In this document: piece by piece, positions 1 through 18,329 of the stretch
How positions within the stretch are numbered: the first letter of the stretch is position 1
How the letters are laid out: each line of letters opens with the position of its first letter
DNA from: Dictyostelium discoideum
Lineage: Eukaryota
Length of the DNA stretch: 64,000 nucleotides
Assembly (NCBI GenBank): GCA_000004695.1
Contig: CM000150.2
Coordinates: 3,712,001-3,776,000, forward strand
Direction: 5' to 3'
Program-made: the position numbers and the translations under genes
The notes under the pieces: generated by a model
What the model was told of the DNA's origin: nothing
Seen by the model: only the letters and a program-made list of their open reading frames with translations
Database searches by the model: none

Positions 1-13
1 ATTTATTTATAAG

Positions 14-48
<35 letters not shown>

Positions 49-92
49 AAAATCAACTAATAAAATTTTTTTTTTTTTTAAAAAATATATAG

Positions 93-824
93 GAAGTAAG
101 ATTTGTACCAGGTGTTGGTTGGGGATGTGATAATTTAGATTACATCTTTTTAACAAGAGATTGGACATTCGATGAAAATCATATTGAATATAAAATTAAT
201 AAATATAAAGAAAGTGAATGTAAACCATGGTTAGTTATTTTCCCAGAGGGTACCGATATTGATGATGTTAAATTAAAAAAAAGTTGGGATGTAAGTTTTT
301 TAAAAAAAAAAAAAAAAAATAATAATAATAATAATAATAATTTAAAATATATTAATTATTATTATTTAAATTTAAAATTATAGTTTGCAGAAAAGAATGG
401 ATTCCCAAAATTTAATAATGTACTTTTACCAAGACATAAAGGTTTACATGCATGTGTTGAACCATTAAGAGATACAATTGATTGTGTATATGATTTAACA
501 ATCGGTTATGAAGGTAAACCAACCATTTTATCATGTATTAGTGGAACAAGTCCAAGAGTTGTAAATATTCATATTAAGAGATATTCACTTGATGAAATTC
601 CAAAGGATGAAAACCAACTTCAAAAATGGTTATTTAATCGTTATCATGAAAAAGATCAAATGTTACAATACTTAAAAGAAAATAAAACTTATTCAATGCC
701 ATATAGAATTCATAAACCTTGTAAGTATATTAATTTATAAATCATTATTATTCCAATTGGTTATTTTTTTTTTTCTTTTTTTTTTCTATTCTCTTTTTTT
801 TTTTTTTGTATATCAAATAATTAA

Positions 825-856
<32 letters not shown>

Positions 857-1063
857 ATAGCATTATCAATTTATGCATCAGCATTTTTATGGTTTTATTA
901 CTTTATGTTACCAATCACCAATTTACTTTTAATTTCTTCATTTACAAGAGTGTACTTTATCATAGCATTTGTTTATCACATTTTAAATTCAAAATATGAA
1001 CCACTTCGTAAATTAAGAGGATTACAAAATGCAATTTATTCAAAAAAAGAAAAATCTCATTAA
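93..1063 (+). CDS. Partial CDS (5' end lies outside the window): C-terminal portion of a lysophospholipid/1-acylglycerol-3-phosphate acyltransferase-like protein (LPLAT/AGPAT family)
   Basis: Three exons at 93..290, 384..720 and 861..1063. The introns are GTAAGT...TAG (291-383) and GTAAGT...TATAG (721-860), and the phases are consistent. The translation reads EVRFVPGVGWGCDNLDYIFLTRDWTFDENHIEYKINKYKESECKPWLVIFPEGTDIDDVKLKKSWD / FAEKNGFPKFNNVLLPRHKGLHACVEPLRDTIDCVYDLTIGYEGKPTILSCISGTSPRVVNIHIKRY... / SLSIYASAFLWFYYFMLPITNLLLISSF...KKEKSH*. FPEGT is acyltransferase motif III, and a hydrophobic C-terminal segment follows. The stop codon TAA is at 1061-1063. Confidence 0.65.
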
Positions 1064-1352
1064 ATAAATAAATATTGATTTGGAAATTAGGATTTTGTTT
1101 AGATAAAAAAAAAAAAAATAAAAATAAAAATCAAACCTTATCACTACCGATAATTAAATTAAAGTTTTAAATTATTTAAAGTTTTATTATTATATATATT
1201 TTTTTTTTATGTACAAATAATAAATTTGCAAAATAGCATTAGTTTGAATTTATAAATTATATTATTATTATTGTTGTTATTACAATTAATTATTATTACA
1301 ATTAATTATTATTACAATTAATTATTGTTATTATTAATTATTATTATTATTA

Positions 1353-1355
1353 TTA

Positions 1356-1449
<94 letters not shown>

Positions 1450-1494
1450 TCACAGTCACTATCATTAATATTATTATTATTATCATCATGATCA

Positions 1495-1565
<71 letters not shown>

Positions 1566-2698
1566 TTTATTTTTTTTTTTATTTTTTTTATCTTTATCAT
1601 ATATAATATTATTTATATCATATTTTTTTAATAAGTGTTTTAAATATTTTGATAAATAATCAAATGTTGGTCTTTGTGAAGGATTTTTACTCCAACAACG
1701 TGTAACAATATCAGATATATCAGTATCTTTAAAAATTTCTTGATCTAAAGAAGGTCTTTCATTTTTAAGTACTAATTCTCTTATTCTCCAGTGTGGCTCC
1801 GAATAATATGGTATTCTTTCTGAAAATAATTCATAACAGAGCATGCCAAACGAGTAAATATCAGTTGATTTAGTGTAAGAACCTTGTGATAGAATTTCAT
1901 TACTCATATATGCAACAGTACCTCTTCTAGTTTGAAGATTATATCTTTCATTGGTTTCTTTTGAAAATGGTATTAAAAAATAAAATAAAATAAATTAGAA
2001 TCATCAAACTAAAAATTAATAAATAATAAATAAACATACCTTTACTTGTACCGAAATCTGATACCTTTGCACAAACTAAAGATTTTGGATTCAAAGAAGT
2101 AATTAATATATTCTCTGGTTTTAAATCTCTATGAGTAATACCATTTCTGTGAAGATATGCACATGCTTTTGAAATATCAATTAAAATTCTATAAAAAAAA
2201 AAAAAGAGTTAATATTATTTCAAATCTTTTTTTAAAAAAAAAAAAAAAAAAAAACTTACCTAATTTTTTGAATAATTGTTATTTTATACTTATTTTCATG
2301 AATATATTTACTTAAACAACCTTTTGAACAATAATCTGTTACAATACCATGAATACCAGAAAAAATAAATCTACCCACATATAATAGTATATTTGGATGT
2401 CTTAATCTTTCTAAAAGTGAAATTTCTTTTTCAATTTCATCATGATCAACATATTCATTTTTAAGTAATTTAACTGCAACTGGTGATGATCTCCAAATAC
2501 CACGATAAACTATACCAAATGTACCTTCTGAAATATAGTTTTTAATTATAATTTCATTAAAATCTATTATATTAGTTAATTCACTCTCTAAACGAAGGAA
2601 AACAAATGTTGACCATGATTGCTTTACATCCAATGTTTCAAATCGAACTATTACTTTTTCATTATACTATATATTATAGTTAGTATAATAATAATAAT

Positions 2699-2764
<66 letters not shown>

Positions 2765-5700
2765 TAATTACCTTTGTAGTTGAAAATAAAGTAACTGATA
2801 ATGAAATTGAAGTTTCAACATTTGGTTTTAATTCAATAGATTGAAAAGGTGAACTTGTTATTGAACTATCATCACCTTCTGGGAATAAAAATAATGCATA
2901 TAATGGTTCACTTAACTTATTTTTAAAAGTGATAGTATCATGACAAACTTCACCAAGATCGGATTTTCTACCATTCATTCCAAAATCACAAATATATGGT
3001 GATACTGATACAGGTAAATCTGGATCATTACAATGTTGGAATATTGTATCTGCAATTAAAACATGTGTTTGAGTATTGGTTCTATATTTACCACTTTGTC
3101 CATTTCTATTTTTATAAGTTTTTAAATAATGTTCTAATGGTATTTCATTGGTAACAGGGTCAAGTAAAATATCAATAATATTTAAAGGATTTTCAATAAA
3201 ATCACCATGAGCTAATGATGGAACTAAATGAGGACTTGGTATTTTACTTTTTTTATACTCGAAAAATTCTTGATCAAAAGTATTTCTTTCAAATTGTCTA
3301 ACAAATAATTCACCCTCTGCTTCAATTTTAATATTTCCACCTCGTATAATATTAATATAATCTTCAACATCATCTTCATTTAATTCTGCACCATCACTTG
3401 AATCATCATATTCATCACTATAATCTTCAAAAAATGGTTCATTATTATTTATAATTGGTTTAATTTCTAAATTTTCCATTTCTAATGTTACATTTGTTTG
3501 TAATATTGCTCCTGCTGCTGTTGTTGTTGTTGTTGTTGTTGTTTCTACTGTGGTTGGTTCTAAATTATTATTTTCTGATTGTGTTTGAATATCAGAATTT
3601 CTATTTACTGTTATTGATATATGATTTGATGATGATTGTTCTTGATTTGAATTTATAATTAATGGTGTTGATGGTACTGGTGATTTATTATTTGATGGTT
3701 TCTTTGAATATAGTTCAACACCAAAAACAGCTATTTCAAGTCTTCTTCTTTTTTTATGTTTATAATATCTGGCACCAAAGAATACAATTAATATGGATAA
3801 TAAAACAAGTACTGTAACACAAATTGGAACAATTATTGGTAATAGATTTATTTTTTCAACTGGTATTGGATATTCAATTACAAGTGATGAATAAATTGCC
3901 ATTGATGTTAAGTATGTATTACCTCTTGTTGCAAATGAAATATTTATATTTTCCAATGAGTTGATATTATCGAAATTGAATGTTAAATTTTTGAAAATTG
4001 GTGCTGAATTACTCTCTAATGGTTCCAATAAGAATACTGGTTGATTTTCAATATAAATTGATAATGGTGTTGGTTGATCATCAATTGGTTGATGTATAAA
4101 AAATAATTGAATTTGATAATACTTTGTTTCACTATCAATTCTTGTTGTTATAGTTACTAATTCATTTGAATTAATTGATGTTATACCATTTAAAAATAAT
4201 TCATTAAGGTCATTTGATATATTTAATTTTGGTAAATTTGTTATATATTTTATATTATTTGAAATTGTACAATTATTGCTATTATCATTACTACTAATAC
4301 TACAACCTTTTTTGAATGAATTACCATCAACTGAAATTATTCCATTTTCAGTTGAGTTTTCCATTGACCAACCTGAATAAAATGAATAATTACTAAATAT
4401 TGTAATCTTTGGAAAATTGATAATATACATTATTTCTGAATCTCCTACATTCTTTAATTTCACTGTTACTTTTAAATTTACTGAACCATCATTTTTAAAT
4501 GTTAATGGAAATTTACACTCTTTATTTACACTCTCTGATATAGCAGATGATGTTATTGTTTCATTATCTGATTCGAGTTCACAAGTAATACGACTAATTA
4601 CTGGTGATATTATTACAAGTTTTACTATTAAATCTAATTTTCCACCAACTGGTATTTGATATTGTGAAGTTGGAAAAATGGAATCTACTAGAATAAATTC
4701 ATCAACATTTAAAAGTTCATAGAGGTATGGCACAATCGAAGAACCATAGATTTGATTATTTTGAAGTTGAAAATCATCGATATAAAAGCTTGAGTTTTTA
4801 ATTATGACAGCTGATGATTTAATACCATTATCACCTAATGATGGTGTTGTTGATGAACCAAAAAATGAATCATAAATATCCAACCTTTTAACTTGACCTG
4901 TCAATTTAAAATTATTAACACCAATAATATTTTTTAAAACTAAACCACTTCCTTTTAAATTTACAATGATTTTAGAAGAAATAGTTGAATCTTTAATTGT
5001 AAAAAAAGTATTCTTTAATTCTTCATCACTATTAACTATTAAAAAGTAATCTACTGGATTAATTGAAATTGGATTTACTAAGTTTTTACTAAAATCGATT
5101 GGCTCTTGTGAAAGACTTGGAACAACTATTGAATTAATATCGCATGGAGCGAAGCAATCTTTATCGAAACCTGTAACATTCTCTCTTGATATGAAATTAA
5201 AATTGTATAAAATTTTTTGGCCATTGAATATATCATTAGTTGAGAATATGTTTGGCGAAAGTGAATAGATACCATTGCCTTCATGTCCATAATCCATAAA
5301 TGCTGGTGATGTAGGAAATTCATTTGGTAAAACTAATGAGAAATAATTATTTGATGATTCTATATATTCTGTACCATACTGAGCAATCATACTTGAACCT
5401 GCTGTGCCCACTATTAAATTACCTGATATATTAACATTTGATTGAAAAAATACTAAAGATGATCTCGACGAACCAGTGTTTCCAATGATTACACTATTCT
5501 TTATTGTTACACTATTTGAAAACTCTATATATAGTGAGTTTCTAAATCTTTGATTTTTACCAATTATTATATCTGTCACATTATTTGGATTATCTGATGA
5601 GAAGGTTAGCTTTGTATCATCATATTCTTTATTTGAAGTTTTACCAATTGAATCAAGTAAGTAGTTTTCAATATGTAGTTTAGTATCACCTGTTATATAA

Positions 5701-6689
5701 ATTGATGATTTAGTTCTAGTTGATATTCCTCCAAACTTTAAAGAACCTGAATCATTGAAAAATAATTTTATATTTAGATCTGTTGTTGGTATTGTTAAAT
5801 CTTGCATCTCTAGTTTATTTTTGTTATAGGTAAATCTTGAAGTTCTAACATTTGGAAATGAGTCGCTAACTATAGATACATTGAATCCATTGAATGGATC
5901 TAATGTTGATATATCATTTACCTCTAGTACATTATCTTCTATCGGTTTAGCTGAATACAATATTCTTTGAGATCCAATAAGAGATATGGAACCACCTAAA
6001 CTAAGGATACCTGGGAGAAACCCAAAAGGATCAATTTTGATTATAGTTGAAGAAAGGTCAACAAATTGTAGCACGCAATTATTACAATGAAAATTACCAC
6101 CAGGCAAAACGATTATACCTCCTAAGGTAAGTGTTTGTTGTGATCCAGCTGTGAAACTACCTTCTATACATAGGATATTTATATATGATGGATGAATTGA
6201 CAAAAGAGGGTCTAAAGTCATGTTAGATCCTATAAATTAAGAGAAAAGAAATTGAATGATGTTAATAATTTATTTAGGTTTTAAAGAGTTATAGTATTTA
6301 AATAATATAATACCTTTTGTAATTTTAATATTTGCTTTTAAAAAAGGGCTTCCCGGGAAATTGTCTATGGAAAATTCGTTTGAATTTTTATTTTTTAATG
6401 CACTGTCGCATATATCGGGATAATATAATTCATGTGGCTCTACATTGACACTGTTTGCTTTTGTTGGTATTTTTGAAAAATTTTCAAACTTATTTATTCG
6501 ATATAAGTTATAGTAACCATCGGGTGTATAAACAAAACTACCTGTTTAATAAACAAAAAAAAAAAAAAAAAATTTTGTTGGTTACTGTTAAAGTATAAAT
6601 AAAATAATAAATTTGATCATACCTATAGAAAAAGTATTATTTATTGAAAATATTATTAATATTAATAAAATATATAAAATATAATTCAT
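1353..6689 (-). CDS. Receptor-like TKL-group protein kinase: signal peptide, large G8-like/parallel beta-helix ectodomain, one transmembrane helix, then a cytoplasmic kinase domain with a poly-Asn tail. About 1637 aa. Resembles the Dictyostelium GDT (growth-differentiation transition) family
   Basis: Six exons on the minus strand: 6689..6623 ([23 protein letters not shown], a signal peptide), 6541..6314, 6229..2772, 2666..2260, 2188..2040 and 1957..1353. Donors are GTATGA, GTATTA, GTAATT, GTAAGT and GTATGT; all acceptors are AG; the total is 4914 nt, which is 1638 codons. The ectodomain carries Gly-rich G8-like motifs ([26 protein letters not shown]...[20 protein letters not shown]) and beta-helix repeats ([30 protein letters not shown]...). 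The transmembrane helix is [23 protein letters not shown] followed by a KHKKRRR stop-transfer signal. The kinase domain has GTFGIVYRG (Gly loop), [17 protein letters not shown], and an APE-like YMSNE. The C-terminus is about 60 Asn encoded by (AAT)n. Confidence 0.75.
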
Positions 6690-7538
6690 CTTTATAAAAA
6701 ATAGATGAAAATAATAAAATCACTCATAAAAAAAAGTGGTTTGAAAAAAAAAAAAAAAAAATTTAATCAATAATAAAAGATTTGAAAAAAAAAAAAAAAA
6801 AAAAATCCAAAGATTTCAAAAAAAAAAATAAAAAAAAAAAAAAGATAAAAATAAAAAATAAAAAAAATTTAAAAAGGATTTTTTTGGGCTGAATTTGATG
6901 GAAGTAAAAAAAAAAAAAAAAGAATATGGCGAATAAAAAATTGGGATACAAAAGATTAAAAATAAAATAAATTACCTACCCTCTGTGACCCCATTTTTCT
7001 TTTTAATTTGAAGGTTTATTTGGTTCAAAATTTTTAAAAAAAAAAAAAAAAAAAAAAAATAAAATAAAATAAAATAAAATAAAATAAAATAAAATAAACA
7101 AAAAAAAAAAAAAAACCAAAAACCAAAACCAAAACCAATTTAAAATAAAAACGGTAAATGTTTGATTTTATTGTTTGTACTTTTTTTTATTTTGTTTTTA
7201 TTAAAAAAAAAAAACTAATGATTAAATATTTTTTTTTTTTTTTTTTTTTTTTCCAATCTTGGTATATAATTCCATTATGTTACTAATGACTGGCATTCTA
7301 ATAATAACTCCATAAGTTTTATAAGTGTCTTGTAGAGGGACGAGTTACACTTGATTGGTAGTTTTATTAAAAAATGTAAAAAAATCTGGAAGGCTCGGTG
7401 ATTTTTTTGACCAATTTACAAATTTCCCAGATTTCGCAGATTTCGTTGTATTGTTCAAATTACAATTCTAACTCAATTTTAAAATGAAAAATCTATATTC
7501 ATTTGTAGTTTTGGCGTTATTAGTGTTGTTTATGGGAG
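6623..7538. promoter_or_regulatory. Shared divergent (bidirectional) promoter region between the receptor kinase gene (start codon at 6689 on the minus strand) and the GPI-anchored beta-helix gene (start codon at 7484 on the plus strand)
   Basis: There are 794 bp between the two start codons, with no ORF. The stretch has an extreme A/T bias, long A- and T-runs, and an (AAAAT)8 repeat at 7059-7098. Confidence 0.5.
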
Positions 7539-10500
7539 GTATGCATTGGTTTATAATATTCTTTGATTATTTTTATTAATAATTTTGTAATTTTTTAATT
7601 TTAATTTTTTAATATTTTCTTTAAAACAGATTCTAATTCTCAAGATCTTTATACCTTTGATTGGAATGCCCCAAGAGTGAATATAAATGGCCATCCTCAT
7701 TTTAAAGTAAATTATTATCCAGGAACTACAAATTCAAATTATAAAGGTGATTTTTATCCGGATTTAGAGTCAAATCCAACAATTAAGAAATATACGTTCT
7801 CTAATAACTGTACTTTAACTGCTTCAACAGATTATAGTACAGCAGGTTTGTTTACCACACCTATGAACACAGTTGATAATCCTTTTGGAACTATTACAGA
7901 TATCAACACAACCCTTATTGTCCCCTTTGGAGTTACTGTAACTTTTTCAGGAAGAGTTGAATTGATTCCATCTTTGTTAATTAAAGGTAGAGTTGTTCTT
8001 GAGCCAAGTGTTGCTAATTCTTATTATTTTGTTATGAAAACAATTATTTTCCCAACTGGTGTATTTGAATCAATTCCAATAGCAACTTCCAACCATACTG
8101 TATTTTTACAAGGTGCATACAGCACATCACCTTTTATATGGGATCCACTTTATACTTCTTCTTTTTTATGTCTTGGAGGTACTGTTTCTCTAAAAGGGTT
8201 TAATAGTGAATCGGTATGGACTGGTAGAAATAGTTCTTATTCATCATATGGTGGATCTTTCTTAAGAACACCCTTTATCTATAACAATACAGGAGCACCA
8301 ATTTTTAGAATGGCATCCACTGGAAGAGATTCAAGTAATAATAATAATTATGTGATAAACAATTATTATACTGGGTACAGAGCAGGGGGTTCAAATGGTT
8401 TTATATCTGATAGTGCATCATTCAATGGTGGAGGATATCTTCTTGTAAACCCATGGAATAAAAATCTTTGGATTAGTGGTTCTAAATTATCGTCGATGGT
8501 ATTCACATTAAACTCGAATGTTAATATCCAAAATTGTGTATTATTTGATTTAGGTCACACAAAAGGTGATATTTTGGATGATAACATTCTTGACTCAAAT
8601 AATATGGTAACCCACACCGGGACAAATTTACCAGATAGATACCCTATTACACTCCTACACAATACTAAAGCAGTTACCATCAGTAATAATTTCTTTCATC
8701 ATGGATTTACTTTTGGTGGAACTCAAGCCTCTATTCCAAGATCATTTATTGGTGTAAAACGTTCTTTTGGCACTATCTCGGGTAATGCGTTTGCATTGAA
8801 ATCTAGTATAAGTGGTATTTCTTTATTACATGGTACTGAACAATTTGAAATTAGTTATAATGCCTTCTTATCCGTATATTCTGATACAACAGATATATCA
8901 TCATATAGAGCATATCCTGATATAGATTATTTAAATGGTGGTATCATTACAACTTCACCTTACTCAACTTATGAAGGAAATGCATTTGAAGGTAATTTTA
9001 AAGGTGGTGCTTTTCAAGTAATCCCAATTCAAAGTAGATCATCTGCTACAGGTTTATCATCTGATATTTTAATTGGTGCATATGTTGGTTTAACACAAGA
9101 TAATACAGCTGATTATAAAACAAATAATGTTTGGAATAATGTTGAATATAAAAATAATTTTTTTGCTGGCGAAGCAGAATTTCGTTTTAGATATTCATTT
9201 ACAAGTCTACCAACAATTAAAGTAAATATGAAGTTTGGATGGTATATTGGTCAAAGAGTATCACAAAGACTTGGAACGACTGGTAATCAAGCAAACATTG
9301 AACTTTGCTATGATTCGCCATATATTGCAAGCACTCTATCTATTGGTGATAATTTCTATATTACTACTTCCAATTCACATAATGGAAAGTATAATGCTGT
9401 TTCAATGGTTAATTCGCTTGCAACTTCAACATATAAATACTTTGCAGAAACATTTACTTCAAATTACCTTTCAATCAAAGATTCCAAGTTTTCCCATTTT
9501 GCAGCATCACCCTCAACGTTCCTTAAAAATTATGCAACTCAATTATATTTTTCAAATGTGAATGGAACAAAGCTCAATATTGGATTTGCAATAAATTCAT
9601 TCCAACCTCTTTATAATTTATCACCAATTAGTACTGATGTTTCTTCAAACAGAATCAACGTATCATTTATTCCAAATTTCGACTTTTCATACTCTGATGG
9701 TCAAAAAGTTGATTATATTGTTGATGGAAATGTTCAATCTACATTAAGTTTTTCGTTGGATCCAAACAAAGCATTGAAATACAATGAAGTTCTATTTCCA
9801 AAAGCAAATGGTGTTTATTCAGTTTTGATTTCATCAGTTCAAAACATTCCAACATTTATCTCTCCATATGGGCCATATTTTGCAAACTCATACATAATAG
9901 ACTCGACTGCTATAAACTTTTATCTTGGTATCGATTTAACTTCAGATATTAGTTCATCAGCTACTGCTCTTTCAATTTTTGGTAATTCATGGACAAAATG
10001 TGGTTGGGTTAGCTCAATTTGTAAAACAACAGGCAAATTCAGTAAGGTATCTCCGACACCATCTACAGTAACTGAATCAGTTACTGGAGCGGTCAGAAGC
10101 ATAGCAAATGAAGTATCAATGCTAACTTCATATTTAGCTAATGATGATACATTAGGAATTAAAAGTTCAGTTAACATCACATTACCATCAGGTTCATCAT
10201 TCAAGTTTTTCATTTATTCATATAATGCGGATTACACTGGTGCTAATATCGTAAACTCCCTTCCATTATTCACAATCAAAATTAATGGTAAATATCAAGA
10301 ACCATATTCAAGACCTTCTTCAACCTACCAACAATACAAAAAGTATGGTCCATTCTTTTATAATACTGACTCAACTGATACCAAATTAATTATTGAATGG
10401 GCATCAGATAATATAAAATACTCAATACCAATTTGTGGTATTGAAATTTTCTCAAATATTTCATCACCTTTAGTTATTCCTACTCCAACACCATCATCAG

Positions 10501-10655
10501 GTGGTGCAGTCGAAACATCAAGTAAATCAACAACTTCAAGTGGTTCAACCGAAACCAATTACGATGAAGGCTTAAATGCAGCTTCATCTGTTTTATCTTC
10601 AAAAACATTATTTTATTTAATCTTTTTTTATTTTATTATTTATTTTTTTCTCTAA
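7484..10655 (+). CDS. Secreted, probably GPI-anchored, cell-surface protein with G8-like/parallel beta-helix repeats, about 1026 aa. Third member of the local beta-helix ectodomain cluster, with no kinase domain
   Basis: Exon 1 is 7484..7538 (MKNLYSFVVLALLVLFMG, a signal peptide; donor GTATGC). Exon 2 is 7630..10655 (acceptor ...AAAACAG; it begins DSNSQDLYTFDWNAPRVNINGHPHF). The total is 3081 nt. The body has pectin-lyase-like repeats (TISNNFFHHGFTFGG...ISGNAFALKSSISGISLLHG). The C-terminus is a Ser/Thr-rich stalk (TPTPSSGGAVETSSKSTTSSGSTETNYDEGLNAASS) followed by a hydrophobic tail (LFYLIFFYFIIYFFL), which is a GPI-anchor signal pattern. Confidence 0.7.
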
Positions 10656-11385
10656 TTGTTTAATAAATTAAAAATTTTTTATTCTCTTGATTTTTAGAAT
10701 ACTAAATAATTTGTATCCGCCTTATCTTTTTCAGTTTGCCGCAGGCGTAATATAAATGACTTAATAATAATAAGAATAGTAATCAACCAACCACTTTTTC
10801 TAAATAAAAAATTATATTTTTTTTTTTAATCATATTAATTAAATAATTACTTGGGGTGGCAAACCCACCAATGCTGAAATTTTTACATACAAACCTCAGA
10901 AAAGAATATTATGTGACAAGAGAAAAATTTTTAATGAGCGGGCAAGTGTAAATACAGATTTTTTTATTTTTTTTTATTTTTTTTTTATTTTTTTATTTTT
11001 TACAGTTGGGGTGTTAAATTAAATTCCAAAAAAAAAAAAAAATAAAAAACGAAAAAAAAAAAAGAAATATCTTTATCAAAAAATTTTTTTTTATTTTTAT
11101 TTTTATTTTTTTTTCGTTTTTTATTTTTTATTTTTTTTTATTATTTCTTTATTTTTATTATTTCTTTATTTTTTTTATTTAAAATTTTGCCAAAACAAAG
11201 CAAACATACAGTTTGCTAATTTTATTTGGCTTTTTTTCTTCACAACATGAGTTAACAAAATTAATTCTGGTGCGATCAAATTAATCGACACTTAATAAAA
11301 TTTATTTATTTAATTTTAAAAATCTTTATTTGTTTTTATTATTTATTATTATTTTTTTTTTGTTATTTTTAATTTTATTTATCTA

Positions 11386-15938
<4,553 letters not shown>

Positions 15939-16334
15939 TATTTTAAAATTTATAAATGTGGTATAACAAAAACACACATCCAAAAGGTTTGTTAGGATTT
16001 GTAGGATTTGATGGAAAAAAAAAAAAAAAAAAAAAAATGATAAAAAAAAAGAAAAAAAAAGAAAAAAAAAAATTAAAAAAAAAAATTGAAAAAAAAGAAA
16101 AAAAAAAAAATCAATTTTTTTAGAATCTTTGTGATTGAATCCTGAAAAAAAAAAAAAAATAAAAAAAAAAAAATGTGATTAAATCAAAATAAAAAAAAAA
16201 AAATTAAAAATAAAATTAACAAAAAAAAAAAAAAAAAAATTTAATTTGTGTGATAAAATATTTATGTCGAAATTTTTTTTGGTTGTGAAATTACTAACAA
16301 AAAGGATATTTTTTTTTTTTTTTTTTATTTTTTA

Positions 16335-16925
16335 ATAAAAATAGATTTTATTTTTATTTTGATTGAATCCAATTTGATAAATCTTGATTAAAAGCTTTGA
16401 ACCAATTTGAATTAATTGTAACCATTTCTAAATCTTGTTTAATTGAACGATCAGCAATTGGAACTGGATGATCTTTGAAAAAGTTGACGACTTCATTGTA
16501 TTGAGAATCATCCATTTTAGAGGTGAGACAACTACCAATGATACGACCAAACAAAGGAGAGTTATTAAAGGTTTCATCGATTTGATTAAAGTTTTTGGTA
16601 AAGTAAGCCCAAGCGAATTGACGAACACGATTTGGAAGGGTAAAGAAAACCATATAACTATCTTGACTTCTAACGGATGGAGATAAAGCGAAATTGAGGG
16701 CTTTTTCAACCAATTCCTCTTTTGGAGCCAAAGCAAGTACCAAAAGGTAAGAATTCTTTTCAGCAACTAAAGAAGATTTAAGATATTGATCAATGATGAT
16801 TTGTTGATCAGCTTCACCACCATTCTTTACGATTGTAGCAAGTACTGTAGAACGAATATCTGATGGTAAACTTGAAGAGTCTGCTTTGAAAGCTTCGAAT
16901 CTTTTCTTACATTCAGCAACGATCT
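16335..16925 (-). pseudogene. Inverted partial duplicate (gene fragment) of the last roughly 590 bp of the M1 aminopeptidase gene, including its stop codon and 14 bp of its 3' flank
   Basis: The reverse complement of 16335-16925 matches 21513-22100 almost base for base. The encoded peptide ...KRFEAFKADSSSLPSDIRSTVLATIVKNGGEADQQIIIDQYLKSSLVAEKNSYLLVLALAPKEELVEKALNFALSPSVRSQDSYMVFFTLPNRVRQFAWAYFTKNFNQIDETFNNSPLFGRIIGSCLTSKMDDSQYNEVVNFFKDHPVPIADRSIKQDLEMVTINSNWFKAFNQDLSNWIQSK* differs from the parent at only a few residues (F/L, D/N, N/K). There is no upstream exon or start codon. Similarity ends abruptly at 16925 on one side and shortly after the stop codon on the other. Confidence 0.8.
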
Positions 16926-18329
16926 GAACTAATTTGACTCTCTAAATTATCAATTTCTTGTCTCTTTATTGAAAATTGATAAAATATATTTGAATGTGGT
17001 TGTTCTTGAATTAATTGATTTGATATTTTATATTTTTCATCTACATCTTCTGTGAATATAATTCAATTTCTAAATTATCTCTTAAAATTTTATTAACATC
17101 TATAATCTATTATCACTACTACCTTGACTATTACTATTAACACCACCACTACTACTACTACTATTTATAATAATTAAAAAAATTATTAAAATTGAATATA
17201 TAAATAATTATTAAATATTATCATATTTTATATATATATATATTTATATAAAATTTTTATATGACTTTTTTTTTTTTTAAAAAAATTATTTTTTTAATTT
17301 TATTATTTTAATCTATTATTATTATTTTACTATTTTATTTTTGTATATACACAATAATATTATTAATTGTATAAATATTATATGTATTTTAAAAAAAAAA
17401 AAAAAAAAAATGAAATAGAAAAAATATAAAAGTATAACCCCCTTAAAATTTAGAATTTTTATTTTTTTAATTTTTTTTTTTTTTTATTTTTTTAATATAG
17501 ACAATCAAAAAGAAAACTAGAAATATTATAAACTACAACAATATCCTACAAAATCAATAATAATATCATAATAATCAACATTAACAATCAATTGGTTGAT
17601 ATTATTCATATTTAAAATAGGGGTTAAATAAATAAAAAAAAATTATATGGACATGTTGTGTTGGTGAGTTATCGTATGAACATGGGTGCTTGCGACCGCC
17701 AAGACTAAAGGATAAAAAAAGAATTTTATTCGGGTCATAATAAAAAGTGGTATTTAACACTGTTTTGGTATATCGTAAATAGCTTTGTGGTTCACAAAAA
17801 TTATAACAAATATAGCCTATCCTGTAGAGAATTTCGTAAAACTATTTTGGAAGATTTGAATGGTCACCAAACCCTTGGGGCGTACTTTCTAAGTTCAACT
17901 TTTTCAATTTTTTCTACTTTTTTTCAGATTTTTCAAAGAAAAAATAATGAAAAAAATTAATAAATATAAATAATATTCATTTTAATTACCAAACAATCTA
18001 ATTATTATTTTTATTTGTAGTTTTTAAAAAAAAAACCGTTAAAAAACTTTTCTGATTTTTTCCTATTTTCGATAAATATTTCTTTAAAAAAGATATTATT
18101 ATTTATGTTAATTGGGGTGTTAAATATTTCTTTAAAAATTTTTTTTTTGAAGTTGTGTTTTTTTAATTAAATAAATAAATTCATAATTATTTCCTTCTAT
18201 TCATAAAAAAAAATTGTAATTGATTATATGAATTGATCGATTTCCTTTTATTAATAAAAAAAACTCATAATTATCTACTTCTATTAATAAAAAAAAAAAA
18301 TAAATTCATAATTATTTCCTTCTTTTAAT

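Noticed and set aside
1334-1600. The 88-aa poly-Ile/Lys/Asn ORF on the minus strand (1334..1600), overlapping the kinase tail
   Set aside because: It is an alternative frame of the (AAT)n/(ATT)n microsatellite. The kinase frame, which reads poly-Asn, is the one continuous with the conserved catalytic domain.
6763-6951. The poly-Phe/Lys ORF in the divergent promoter region
   Set aside because: A homopolymer A/T-run artefact. It has no complexity and no coding-like composition.
16428-16766. The ORFs 16428..16766 (minus), 16468..16686 (plus), and the matching 21701..22009 (plus) and 21751..21969 (minus) pair
   Set aside because: Alternative or antisense frames of the aminopeptidase C-terminal region and of its inverted duplicate. 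They are identical to each other only because the DNA is duplicated.
17640-17900. A non-coding RNA (snRNA or SRP RNA) in the GC-rich patch
   Set aside because: I could recognise no match to the conserved cores of U1, U2, U4, U5, U6 or 7SL. The patch is better explained as a decayed protein-coding frame on the minus strand.
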